Assembly: GCA_035643995.1 (NCBI GenBank)
Contig: DASQPK010000064.1
Location: forward strand, 3,616 to 67,615
Reading direction: 5' to 3'
From: Steroidobacteraceae bacterium
Lineage (GTDB): Bacteria; Pseudomonadota; Gammaproteobacteria; Steroidobacterales; Steroidobacteraceae
DNA: 64,000 nt
Every line of letters starts with the position of its first letter. Within the stretch, counting starts at the first letter, position 1. A program made the position numbers and the translations under genes. Shown piece after piece: positions 29,527-37,221 of this stretch. The notes below the pieces were generated by a model. That model searched no databases, had not been told where the DNA came from, and saw only the letters and a list, made by a program, of their open reading frames with translations.

Positions 29527-30164
29527 CTGCCGCCGGGCGATTCGTCACGATGGAGGGGATAGAAGGGGTGGGCAAGAGCACGCAAGTGGCGCGCTTGTCC
29601 GAGGCTTTGAAAACCCTGGATGTAGCGCATGTCGTGACCCGTGAACCGGGCGGCACGCCGCTCGCGGAGAGCATACGCGACGTGGTGCTGACCGCGCGCG
29701 AGGAGACATTGCCGCCGACTGCGGAGTTGCTGCTCATGTTTGCGGCGCGCGCGGTGCATCTCGCGAACCACGTGGAGCCCAATCTGCGAGCGGGACGTTG
29801 GGTCATCTGCGATCGATTCACCGACGCCACTTATGCGTACCAGGGAGGCGGGCGGCAGTTGCGCATGAACAGCATCGGCGAATTGGAATCCATGGTCCAA
29901 GGGACACTGCGTCCGCACCTCACCTTGTTGCTGGATGCTCCCGTGGAGCACGCGCTGGCGCGCGCGCGCCGGCGCAATGCCGGATCGCCCGAGGATCGAT
30001 TTGAGCGCGAAAGGAGTGAATTTTTCGAACGCGTCAGAAGCGTCTACCGGGCGCGGGCGGCGGCGGAACCCGATCGCATCGCCGTCATCGATGCCACCCG
30101 GTCGGTCGATGAGGTTGGCGCGCGCATACTCGAGCAGCTTAAAGTGCGATCATGGATTTCTTGA
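29523..30164 (+). CDS. tmk: Thymidylate kinase
   Basis: FVTMEGIEGVGKST P-loop, DRF motif, about 210 aa. ATGA overlap with mltG. Confidence 0.95.
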   Translation: MTAAGRFVTMEGIEGVGKSTQVARLSEALKTLDVAHVVTREPGGTPLAESIRDVVLTAREETLPPTAELLLMFAARAVHLANHVEPNLRAGRWVICDRFTDATYAYQGGGRQLRMNSIGELESMVQGTLRPHLTLLLDAPVEHALARARRRNAGSPEDRFERERSEFFERVRSVYRARAAAEPDRIAVIDATRSVDEVGARILEQLKVRSWIS

Positions 30165-31150
30165 GCGCTGATTCTTTGCCCTGGCTGAAAGAGCCGCAAC
30201 GGCGCCTGCGCAGCGCGCTCGAGATGGGCCATCTGCCGCATTCGCTGTTGGTCTTGAGTGTGCCCGGCTTGGGCGCAGAGCATCTGGCGAATTGGATGAC
30301 CGCCCTGGTGTTGTGCGAGTCGCAGGCCACGCGTCCCTGCGATGCCTGCCCCTCGTGCCGCTTGCTGCGTTCGGACACCCACCCCGATGCCCATGTCGTG
30401 CGCCTGGACGAGGATGCTCAGCAGATCAAGATTGACCAGGTACGCGAGCTCATCGAGTCCTTGACGTTGAAGAGCTATCGCGGCGGCTACAAGGTAGGCG
30501 TCATCGAGGGTGCGGAGGCGTTGAATGCAAACGGGGCCAACGCCTTCCTGAAGACATTGGAGGAACCCTCCGCCGACACGGTGCTCATCATGATCGCGCG
30601 GCCAAACCACCGCCTGCCGGCCACCGTCGCCAGCCGTTGCTTGCGCCTGCGCCTGAGCCCGCCCGCGACGGATGAGGCCCTCGCATGGCTTCAGAGGAAC
30701 GCGCCCGGTGCGAACCCGTCCGGTGCGAACCCCTGGCATGCCGCGCTTGCCTTGGCCGGCGGCGCGCCGCTGCTCGCGATGCAGTTGGATGCCGAGGGCT
30801 TGGCCGCGATCGATGCCGACATGCGCCAGAGCATCACCGAACTGGCTGAGGGGTCAGTGGATGTGACTCTGCTGGCGGATCGCTGGTTCCGATCCAATCC
30901 GGGCGTACGTATCACTTGGCTTGAGAACTGGATCACACGGCGAGTACATGCAGCACTGGGCGCGGTGACTTCACAGCAAACTGCGGAACCGGTCCGCTTG
31001 CCTGCCGCTTTACTTAAGCCCAAGATAAGGGCCCTATTCGAGCTGCTGGACGCCGCGCGCGACGTCAGGCGTCTCGCATCGACCGGTATGAATCAACAAT
31101 TGGCGCTCGAGGCCTTGCTGGTCGGTGGTCGAACAGCGCTGGGGAAGTAA
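30152..31150 (+). CDS. holB: DNA polymerase III subunit delta'
   Basis: HSLLV..PGLGAEHLA degenerate P-loop, Zn-module C..C..C (CDACPSCRLL), NAFLKTLEEP motif. 13-nt overlap with tmk. Confidence 0.9.
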   Translation: MDFLSADSLPWLKEPQRRLRSALEMGHLPHSLLVLSVPGLGAEHLANWMTALVLCESQATRPCDACPSCRLLRSDTHPDAHVVRLDEDAQQIKIDQVRELIESLTLKSYRGGYKVGVIEGAEALNANGANAFLKTLEEPSADTVLIMIARPNHRLPATVASRCLRLRLSPPATDEALAWLQRNAPGANPSGANPWHAALALAGGAPLLAMQLDAEGLAAIDADMRQSITELAEGSVDVTLLADRWFRSNPGVRITWLENWITRRVHAALGAVTSQQTAEPVRLPAALLKPKIRALFELLDAARDVRRLASTGMNQQLALEALLVGGRTALGK

Positions 31151-31174
31151 TGCTCATTGTGGGAAACGTAGGAA

Positions 31175-31525
31175 TTGCGAAGTCCAAGTAACAAACCAGG
31201 CCTGCTGACGCTTACCATCAAGGATAAGAGCGCGCTGTATCTCGCCTACATGCCTTTCGTGAAAAACGGCGGCCTGTTCATTCCGACGAACAGCAACTAT
31301 CGTTTGGGCGATGAGGTATTCATGCTGCTCAATCTCATGGGTGAGGAAGAGAAGCTACCCGTGGCCGGCCGGGTGATATGGATGACGCCGAAGGGCGCGC
31401 AGGGCAAGAGGACCGCCGGCATCGGCGTTCAGTTCAGCGATCAAGACCGCGGCAACACTCAAAAGAAGATCGAAAACTATCTCGCCGGCGCACTCGGCGG
31501 AGACAAGCCGACACACACCATGTAG
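31175..31525 (+). CDS. pilZ: PilZ protein (type IV pilus assembly PilZ, holB-linked)
   Basis: 116 aa. LTLTIKDKSALYLAYMPFVKNGGLFIPT and AGIGVQF match the PilZ (PA2960-type) family. Conserved position after holB. Confidence 0.88.
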   Translation: MRSPSNKPGLLTLTIKDKSALYLAYMPFVKNGGLFIPTNSNYRLGDEVFMLLNLMGEEEKLPVAGRVIWMTPKGAQGKRTAGIGVQFSDQDRGNTQKKIENYLAGALGGDKPTHTM

Positions 31526-31549
31526 GGGCCCGCCGATTCGGTTTGTGCG

Positions 31550-31846
31550 GTGGCAGACAGACGGATGCGCCCCGGCCGGAGCAGGCTGCCGCGAATGAGG
31601 CCGCTCACGCATCTGGATCGCGACATCGAACTCGAGTTCATCCGGGAATTCTCCGTCAACGGCAGGTTTCTCGGTACGAACGTCGATGATCGTCGCGAGC
31701 GCATACGCATCGCGATCTGGGCCAATAAACTCGAGCGCTCTCCCTTCCGCGACAGCGGCATGAACTATGGGCAAGCGTACCAGCGCTGTTACGGAAAACC
31801 CATCGAGATGCGCGCTAACGGCAGGACCGAAGCGCAGGCGTCATGA
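31550..31846 (+). CDS. Hypothetical small protein (start uncertain: 31550, 31565 or 31595)
   Basis: Third-position GC is high (about three quarters by hand count) in this frame and the composition is non-junk (DIELEFIREFSVNGRFLGTNVDD...). No recognizable family. Confidence 0.45.
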   Translation: MADRRMRPGRSRLPRMRPLTHLDRDIELEFIREFSVNGRFLGTNVDDRRERIRIAIWANKLERSPFRDSGMNYGQAYQRCYGKPIEMRANGRTEAQAS

Positions 31847-32080
31847 GCGCTGTGGAATCGGTTCGATGTAAACCGGCGGGGGTGGCGGGGGCTCGATGGT
31901 GAGCGGTTTGTGCGGCGCCCTGATCAGATACACCAACGCTGCGATGATCGCCAGCACAAAAACAATGGTGAGATACTTGTGCTCCGCGATGATCGACGCC
32001 GCTTTGTATTCGAACCGGGGCTTCGGAACGTAGCTGTCAGGTCCCTCGCCGCCCTTTGGGTTGGGGCGCGGGTCAGGCAC
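31841..32080 (-). CDS. Small single-pass membrane protein with C-terminal polyproline tract
   Basis: 79 aa with a central TM (YLTIVFVLAIIAALVYLI) then EPPPPPPVYIEPIP. GTG start overlaps the stop of the upstream cNMP/rhodanese gene by 8 nt. High GC3. Confidence 0.6.
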   Translation of the reverse strand: MPDPRPNPKGGEGPDSYVPKPRFEYKAASIIAEHKYLTIVFVLAIIAALVYLIRAPHKPLTIEPPPPPPVYIEPIPQRS

Positions 32081-33140
32081 TGCGCGAGCGGGCGGCTTCG
32101 CTGGCGGCGAGCCCGCCTTTCAGCACATAAGCTTCAAATCCCCGCTCGCTCAAAATATACGCGGCGGCGGAGCTGCGCCGGCCCGTGTCGCAGCACACGA
32201 CGTATTGCGTGTTCTTGTCCAGGGCGTTGATCTTCAATCGAATGAAGTACAGCGGGATGTTCACCGCGTCATCGATTCGGAAATTCTGAAATTCGCTGGG
32301 CAGACGGACATCCAGCCACTTGCCGCCGCCGGCGACGATTTCCCTGGCCTTCTGCTGATCGACCCATTGCAACAGGGGCTCATTCAGCAAGGTTTGAAAA
32401 TCATTCTTGCCGAGGCGCATCAACGTGCCGTCGGTGGACATGGTGACCGTCGCGTTTCGCTTGGCCTCGGCGATCAACGCCTCCTCGCCGAAGCTGTCGC
32501 CGGGACCCAATTCCGCAAGCTTGATGCCTTCCTTGTTCAGAGGCGTCTCGCGCATGACGGTGCACTTCCCGGCAACCACGACGTAGAAATAATCGCCCTC
32601 GGTGCCCTGCTTGATGACGATGTCGGTGGCACGATAGTTGATGCGCTGCATGCGCATGAAGATCGCTTGAATATTGGCCGGCGGGATACGATGGAACGCC
32701 TTGGTCTGCAGCAGCGTGGTCATCCAATCGCCCGTGACATCCAAGCCGTCGCCCCGCAGCTCAGCGACTTCGTACTGACCGGTTTGATCCCAGGTCAGCA
32801 GTACGTCCAGCAAGTCGCTGTCGATCATGATGTATTCAAGATCCATCGCGGCGCGCGCCGTAAACTTGCGCGGCAATCCCGGCGACAGCGCAGCACGCGC
32901 TTCAGCCGTTCTGGCCTTGATCACGCCCATGGTGCGATCGTCCGCCCTCAGCTCGACTTGGCCGGCCACCAGGTAGAATGTGCGCTTGTCGGTATCGCCC
33001 TCTTTGAACAGCACGCGGCCCATGCCTAACTCGCGAACGACCGTTTTTCGGGCGAGCGCGTGCAGATTCTCTGCCTTCAGGCCGTCAAGCGGCGAGAAAG
33101 TCTTTAAAACAGCAAGGTCAACTGGTCGTTCGTCCATCAA
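32073..33140 (-). CDS. Dual cyclic-nucleotide-binding domain protein with C-terminal rhodanese domain
   Basis: Two cNMP-binding modules; the second carries the canonical FGEEALI....RNATV. C-terminal rhodanese with active-site loop CCDTGRRS. No HTH domain. Confidence 0.85.
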   Translation of the reverse strand: MMDERPVDLAVLKTFSPLDGLKAENLHALARKTVVRELGMGRVLFKEGDTDKRTFYLVAGQVELRADDRTMGVIKARTAEARAALSPGLPRKFTARAAMDLEYIMIDSDLLDVLLTWDQTGQYEVAELRGDGLDVTGDWMTTLLQTKAFHRIPPANIQAIFMRMQRINYRATDIVIKQGTEGDYFYVVVAGKCTVMRETPLNKEGIKLAELGPGDSFGEEALIAEAKRNATVTMSTDGTLMRLGKNDFQTLLNEPLLQWVDQQKAREIVAGGGKWLDVRLPSEFQNFRIDDAVNIPLYFIRLKINALDKNTQYVVCCDTGRRSSAAAYILSERGFEAYVLKGGLAASEAARSRSA

Positions 33141-33242
33141 AAAACTCTTCTGTCCTCAAGGCTCAACCCTATGATTTTGCCTGTGAATCTTACCATACGC
33201 TGCGATGGCGCAGGCGAAGCAGTGGCCCTTATCGGGTGGGTG

Positions 33243-35264
33243 TCAAGGAGAAATTAGGCTCCACCCGGCGTCTGGGCGAAAGCGTTCGCCATAGAGCTCT
33301 GCAAGTTCGTTCAGGCGGTGAGTAACGTCTGTGATGCCGCGATCCCTGGCATATTGCAGCGGTCCGCCGCGAAAAGGCGCGAAACCCGTCGCAAATACCG
33401 CACCCGCATCCAGTAAATCGGCGTCTTGAATCGTTCCATCGCTTAGACAAGCAACCGCCTCGTTCAGCATGGGCAAAATCAGCCGGTCCTGCAGATCCGC
33501 AGGCACGGCCGCCTGCTTGCTCGCATCCTTCTGCGCTTTTCCATCCTGCCAGCGATAGAAACCTTCGCCGCTTTTGCGGCCGAGCTTTTTTTGTTCCACC
33601 AATTTGATCAAGATCTGCGGCACTTCCCGGTGGAAGGCCTCACCCAAGACTCGACCGACGCTCAGAGAAACGTCCAAGCCCACCACATCCGACAGCTCAA
33701 TCGGCCCCAAGGGCATGCCGAATTGCACCGCGGCACGGTCGATCACGGCCGCGGGTGTACCCGCTTCGAGCGCGAAAAAAGCCTCATTGACGTACGGCGT
33801 CAATATGCGATTCACCACAAAGCCAGGCGCGCTTTTGCAGGGCAGCGGCAGCTTGTCGAGCTTGCGGGTGAACTTCAGCGCGTCTTGCACGACCTGCGGC
33901 CGGGTGCTTGCGCCTTGCACCACTTCCACCAGCTGCAGCTGCGCCACGGGATTGAAGAAGTGAATGCCGACCAGCCGGCCGGGGTCGGAGAGTTTCCGGC
34001 ACAGAGTTTCGATTCGGATGCTCGAGGTGTTGGTCGCAAGCACCGCACCTGCCTTGAGCTGCGGCTCGAGCTCGGCATACAGCGCCTGCTTCGCCTCGAT
34101 GTTCTCAAAAATGGCTTCGATGACGATGTCGGCGTTGGCGACGCCTTCGCCTTTGACATCCATCTTCAGGCGCGCCGTCGCCTCGGCCGCTTGCACCGGA
34201 TCCTTGAGCCGCTTCTCGAAAAAGGATTGAGCGCGGGCGCGTGCCGGCTGTATCAGCTCCTCGCTGCGATCCTGCAAGGTCACCGTCATGCCGCGAAACG
34301 CCGCCCAAGCGGCGATGTCGCCGCCCATGACGCCGGCCCCGATGACATGCAGGTGCTTGAAATCGGCGGTTGAATCTCCGCCCAAACTCTTGAGGCGATC
34401 TTGCAGCATGAAGACGCGCACGAGGTTGCGCGATGACGGCGTGCACATCAGCTCGCTGATCGAACGGGCCTCGGCCTCATAGCCCGCAGCACCGGTGGCG
34501 CCGAAGTGCTGCCAAAGATCCACGATGGCATAGGGGGCAGGGTAGTGTTCGCGTCGAACGCCGTGCCGCAAGGTGGCGACGGTTTGTCGCGCTATGAACG
34601 GGCGTACCGCCCCTAAATTCATCAGCCTCTCGACGAAGGGCGCAGTTCTCTTCGGTGGCCGGCGCAGCGCCAAGGACTTGGCGCGTGTGGCGAGTTCGGC
34701 GGGCGGCACGAGCTCATCCAGCAATCCGACGCGTAACGCCAGCGCACCCCTCAATGGCCGGCCTTTGAGCATCAGTTCGAGCGCGGGCCGCACACCGATG
34801 AGTTGCACGCTGCGCACGGTGCCGCCAAATCCGGGGTGAATGCCGAGCAGCACTTCGGGCAGGCCCAGCGACAACGCAGCCTCGTCGGCGCCGACCCGAT
34901 ACGCGCATGCGAGCGCCAATTCAAGGCCGCCCCCTAAGGCGAAACCACGCACCGCGGCGACGGTCGGAAAGGGAAGATCCTCGAGTTGCTGCATGACCGA
35001 CTGTCCGGCTCGCACCAGCTCGTAGCCTTGCGCCGGAGAGCGAATTCCCAAAAATTCCTTGATGTCGGCCCCGGCGATGAAGCCGTTGCGCTTGCCCGAT
35101 TGCACAATCATGCCGATCGGGCGCAACGCCGCGACTTCCTTGAGCTTCTCCGCCAGCTCGCGCACCACCTCGCCCGACAGCACGTTGGTCGACGCGCCCG
35201 CCATGTCACAGGTAAGCCACGCAATGCGGTCGGCGTCGATCTGCAATGCCCAGTTGCCGCTCAT
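33243..35264 (-). CDS. Bifunctional enoyl-CoA hydratase / 3-hydroxyacyl-CoA dehydrogenase (FadB/FadJ-like)
   Basis: N-terminal crotonase fold (GFIAGADIKEF), then an NAD-binding Rossmann motif (VIGAGVMGGDIA) and 3HCDH C-terminal domains. 673 aa. Confidence 0.92.
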   Translation of the reverse strand: MSGNWALQIDADRIAWLTCDMAGASTNVLSGEVVRELAEKLKEVAALRPIGMIVQSGKRNGFIAGADIKEFLGIRSPAQGYELVRAGQSVMQQLEDLPFPTVAAVRGFALGGGLELALACAYRVGADEAALSLGLPEVLLGIHPGFGGTVRSVQLIGVRPALELMLKGRPLRGALALRVGLLDELVPPAELATRAKSLALRRPPKRTAPFVERLMNLGAVRPFIARQTVATLRHGVRREHYPAPYAIVDLWQHFGATGAAGYEAEARSISELMCTPSSRNLVRVFMLQDRLKSLGGDSTADFKHLHVIGAGVMGGDIAAWAAFRGMTVTLQDRSEELIQPARARAQSFFEKRLKDPVQAAEATARLKMDVKGEGVANADIVIEAIFENIEAKQALYAELEPQLKAGAVLATNTSSIRIETLCRKLSDPGRLVGIHFFNPVAQLQLVEVVQGASTRPQVVQDALKFTRKLDKLPLPCKSAPGFVVNRILTPYVNEAFFALEAGTPAAVIDRAAVQFGMPLGPIELSDVVGLDVSLSVGRVLGEAFHREVPQILIKLVEQKKLGRKSGEGFYRWQDGKAQKDASKQAAVPADLQDRLILPMLNEAVACLSDGTIQDADLLDAGAVFATGFAPFRGGPLQYARDRGITDVTHRLNELAELYGERFRPDAGWSLISP

Positions 35265-36016
35265 GCGGCTTTTCGATCGGCGTTGAGGATGGTGAAATCG
35301 CAGACCAGGGGAAGATGATCGGAGAACTGCACATCGGGTATTTCAAACCGATTCACTTCGATCTGCGCACTGTGCAAGATGAAATCCAGCTCTTTGCGAG
35401 GGCTGCGGCTGGGATAGGAGAACAGGCCCTGGGTATTGGCGCTGGTCAAGCCTGCGGCCTGTGTGAACAGGTAGATTTCATGATCGCCCCAGTAGGTGTT
35501 GAAGTCCCCGGCGACGATCACCGGTTTGGCGGTCTTGCGCACCAGATCATAGAGATAGCGAAGCTGGTATTGCCGGTGTCTGAATTTCAACGACAGATGC
35601 ACCAAAAAGATGGCGATATCGTCGAGCTCCAATTCAATGATGAGCCGCTTTATCCCCGTGTCGAAGTAGTGGAAACGTTCTCCCCGGACTCTGGGCGCCG
35701 CCAGAAAGGCGTTGGCTTGCTTGCGGACAATGGGCACCAAATGGTTGACTGATGAGACGCCGTACTTGCACTCGTAGGTCGAATAGTGACCCAATGAGCG
35801 CGCAATGAAGTCGGCCTGATTGACCATGCCGGTGCGAATCGAGCCGGTGTCGACCTCAATGAGGCCCACCACGTCAGGATCCTGCTCCTTGATGAAGTCG
35901 GTGATACGCGACAGGACGTGCCGGCTGGAGCGAAGATAGCCGGCGCCCGGCACCGGGAGGTGGAAAGCGGGCCCGGTCCCGGTGGCATACCGTATATTGT
36001 AAATCAGCAATCGCAC
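35261..36016 (-). CDS. Endonuclease/exonuclease/phosphatase (EEP) family protein
   Basis: MRLLIYNIRY..., DVVGLIEVD, GDFN and C-terminal SDHLPL motifs of the EEP fold. ATGA overlap with the fadB-like start. Confidence 0.85.
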   Translation of the reverse strand: MRLLIYNIRYATGTGPAFHLPVPGAGYLRSSRHVLSRITDFIKEQDPDVVGLIEVDTGSIRTGMVNQADFIARSLGHYSTYECKYGVSSVNHLVPIVRKQANAFLAAPRVRGERFHYFDTGIKRLIIELELDDIAIFLVHLSLKFRHRQYQLRYLYDLVRKTAKPVIVAGDFNTYWGDHEIYLFTQAAGLTSANTQGLFSYPSRSPRKELDFILHSAQIEVNRFEIPDVQFSDHLPLVCDFTILNADRKAA

Positions 36017-36076
36017 CAGGCATTGTATCGGCGCGCGGTGCTTCGCGCTTGGAGTTTGGCGAGCTACACTAACGGC

Positions 36077-36526
36077 ATGACGACCGACCCCATTCGTCTA
36101 TTCGTCAGCCACGCGTGGGCGGAAAACGACGATTATACGCGAGTCTTCGAGTATCTCGAGGCATCGGGCAAGTTTTACTACATCAACACCAGTCAGCCGC
36201 AAGGGACGCGGCCGATCGACAAGGAATCGCAGCGCGAGGATCTGCGCCGGCAGATCAGTCCCTGCGAAGTCGTGGTGGTGTTGCCCGCGGTTTATCAGCT
36301 CGCGCCCGAGCTGGTGCTGTTTCAAATGAATTTCGCCAAAGCCGCGGATCGGCCCATCGTGGCGATGGAGAATTTTGGCTCCAGCGCTCCGCTGCCGAAA
36401 CCCATCAAAGATCTCGCGGACGAAGTCAGCGCGTGGAACGAGCGAAGCCTGATCGATGCCTTGCGCCGCCAGGCGCGGCATCAGGAATCAACGCGCTGGG
36501 ACACCATCGAATTCAAGCTCGATTGA
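36077..36526 (+). CDS. Standalone TIR-like (TIR_2-type) domain protein
   Basis: 149 aa. IRLFVSHAWAENDDY resembles the bacterial TIR FISHA..D start. CEVVVVLPAVYQLAPELVLFQMNFA follows the vvvllS..y..S.W...EL pattern, with Glu78 at the catalytic-Glu position. The ORF-track start at 35918 overlaps the EEP gene and is rejected. Confidence 0.6.
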   Translation: MTTDPIRLFVSHAWAENDDYTRVFEYLEASGKFYYINTSQPQGTRPIDKESQREDLRRQISPCEVVVVLPAVYQLAPELVLFQMNFAKAADRPIVAMENFGSSAPLPKPIKDLADEVSAWNERSLIDALRRQARHQESTRWDTIEFKLD

Positions 36527-36551
36527 ATTCATAGCCCTCGAGAGAGCTTCG

Positions 36552-36941
36552 CTAGTTGCTGGCGATCAGTGCCGCAGGCGGGAATTCATCGGCCGCGCGT
36601 TCCACGGAATGCAATTGAACCACGCTGCTCGAGCGCGTTGCGCTGTGGTGCGCCTTGCACATCAGGCCAAAGATCTCCACGATTTGCGCGGCGCAATCAT
36701 CGGCTTCCTGATTCGACATTTTGCGCACCGATGCAGCCACCGCATCCTCGCCGCGCAAGGGTGCAACCCCGCAGAGACTGCGCATCACTTGCGTATAGGA
36801 CTCACGGATTTCACTGGGAATTTCACTTTCCTGCAAAGAGGCGAGGTGTCTGCGGTACGCGCAGACCAGGCGCTGCTTGATCGGCGTTGAGCGTACCAAT
36901 TCGAGAGTGGCGAAGTGAAAACATTCCCAGGCACTGATCAT
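36552..36941 (-). CDS. Hypothetical protein, no recognizable family (alternative TTG start at 36968)
   Basis: 129-138 aa predicted helical protein with moderate-to-high GC3. The ATG at 36941 is preceded by a GTGGGG SD-like motif. Convergent with the TIR-like gene. Confidence 0.5.
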   Translation of the reverse strand: MISAWECFHFATLELVRSTPIKQRLVCAYRRHLASLQESEIPSEIRESYTQVMRSLCGVAPLRGEDAVAASVRKMSNQEADDCAAQIVEIFGLMCKAHHSATRSSSVVQLHSVERAADEFPPAALIASN

Positions 36942-37116
36942 AAAGCCCCACGGTGAACAAAGACGCAAACCTAAAGTGGTTTCGAGGCTGCCACCTTGCG
37001 GGGAGTCTTGTTAAATCAAGACTCTGCGACGGGAATATACAAGACAATCGCCGAAACGCAACGCGGATTTTGTCAAACTTTTGAACCACGTCCGTACAGC
37101 GATTGCGCGGCATTTT

Positions 37117-37157
37117 CAGAGGGTTTTCTAGAAACTCTCTGATATAGTAACTATATC
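37117..37157. promoter_or_regulatory. Two adjacent palindromes in an AT-rich intergenic region (candidate operator sites)
   Basis: Perfect 10-bp palindrome TTTCTAGAAA (37125-37134) within an imperfect longer inverted repeat (37117-37141). It is followed at once by the perfect inverted repeat GATATAG-TAA-CTATATC (37141-37157). Confidence 0.3.
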
Positions 37158-37172
37158 TTATTGAAATTAATC

Positions 37173-37218
37173 AATAAAAAATCCAAGAACCCCAGCGTTA
37201 CTGCGATTTACTTGGGAT
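37173..37218 (-). terminator. Candidate rho-independent terminator of the RND efflux operon
   Basis: On the minus strand: ATCCCAAG ... CTTGGAT stem (one bulge) followed by TTTTTATT, starting 4 nt after the OMF stop. Confidence 0.45.
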
Positions 37219-37221
37219 CGG

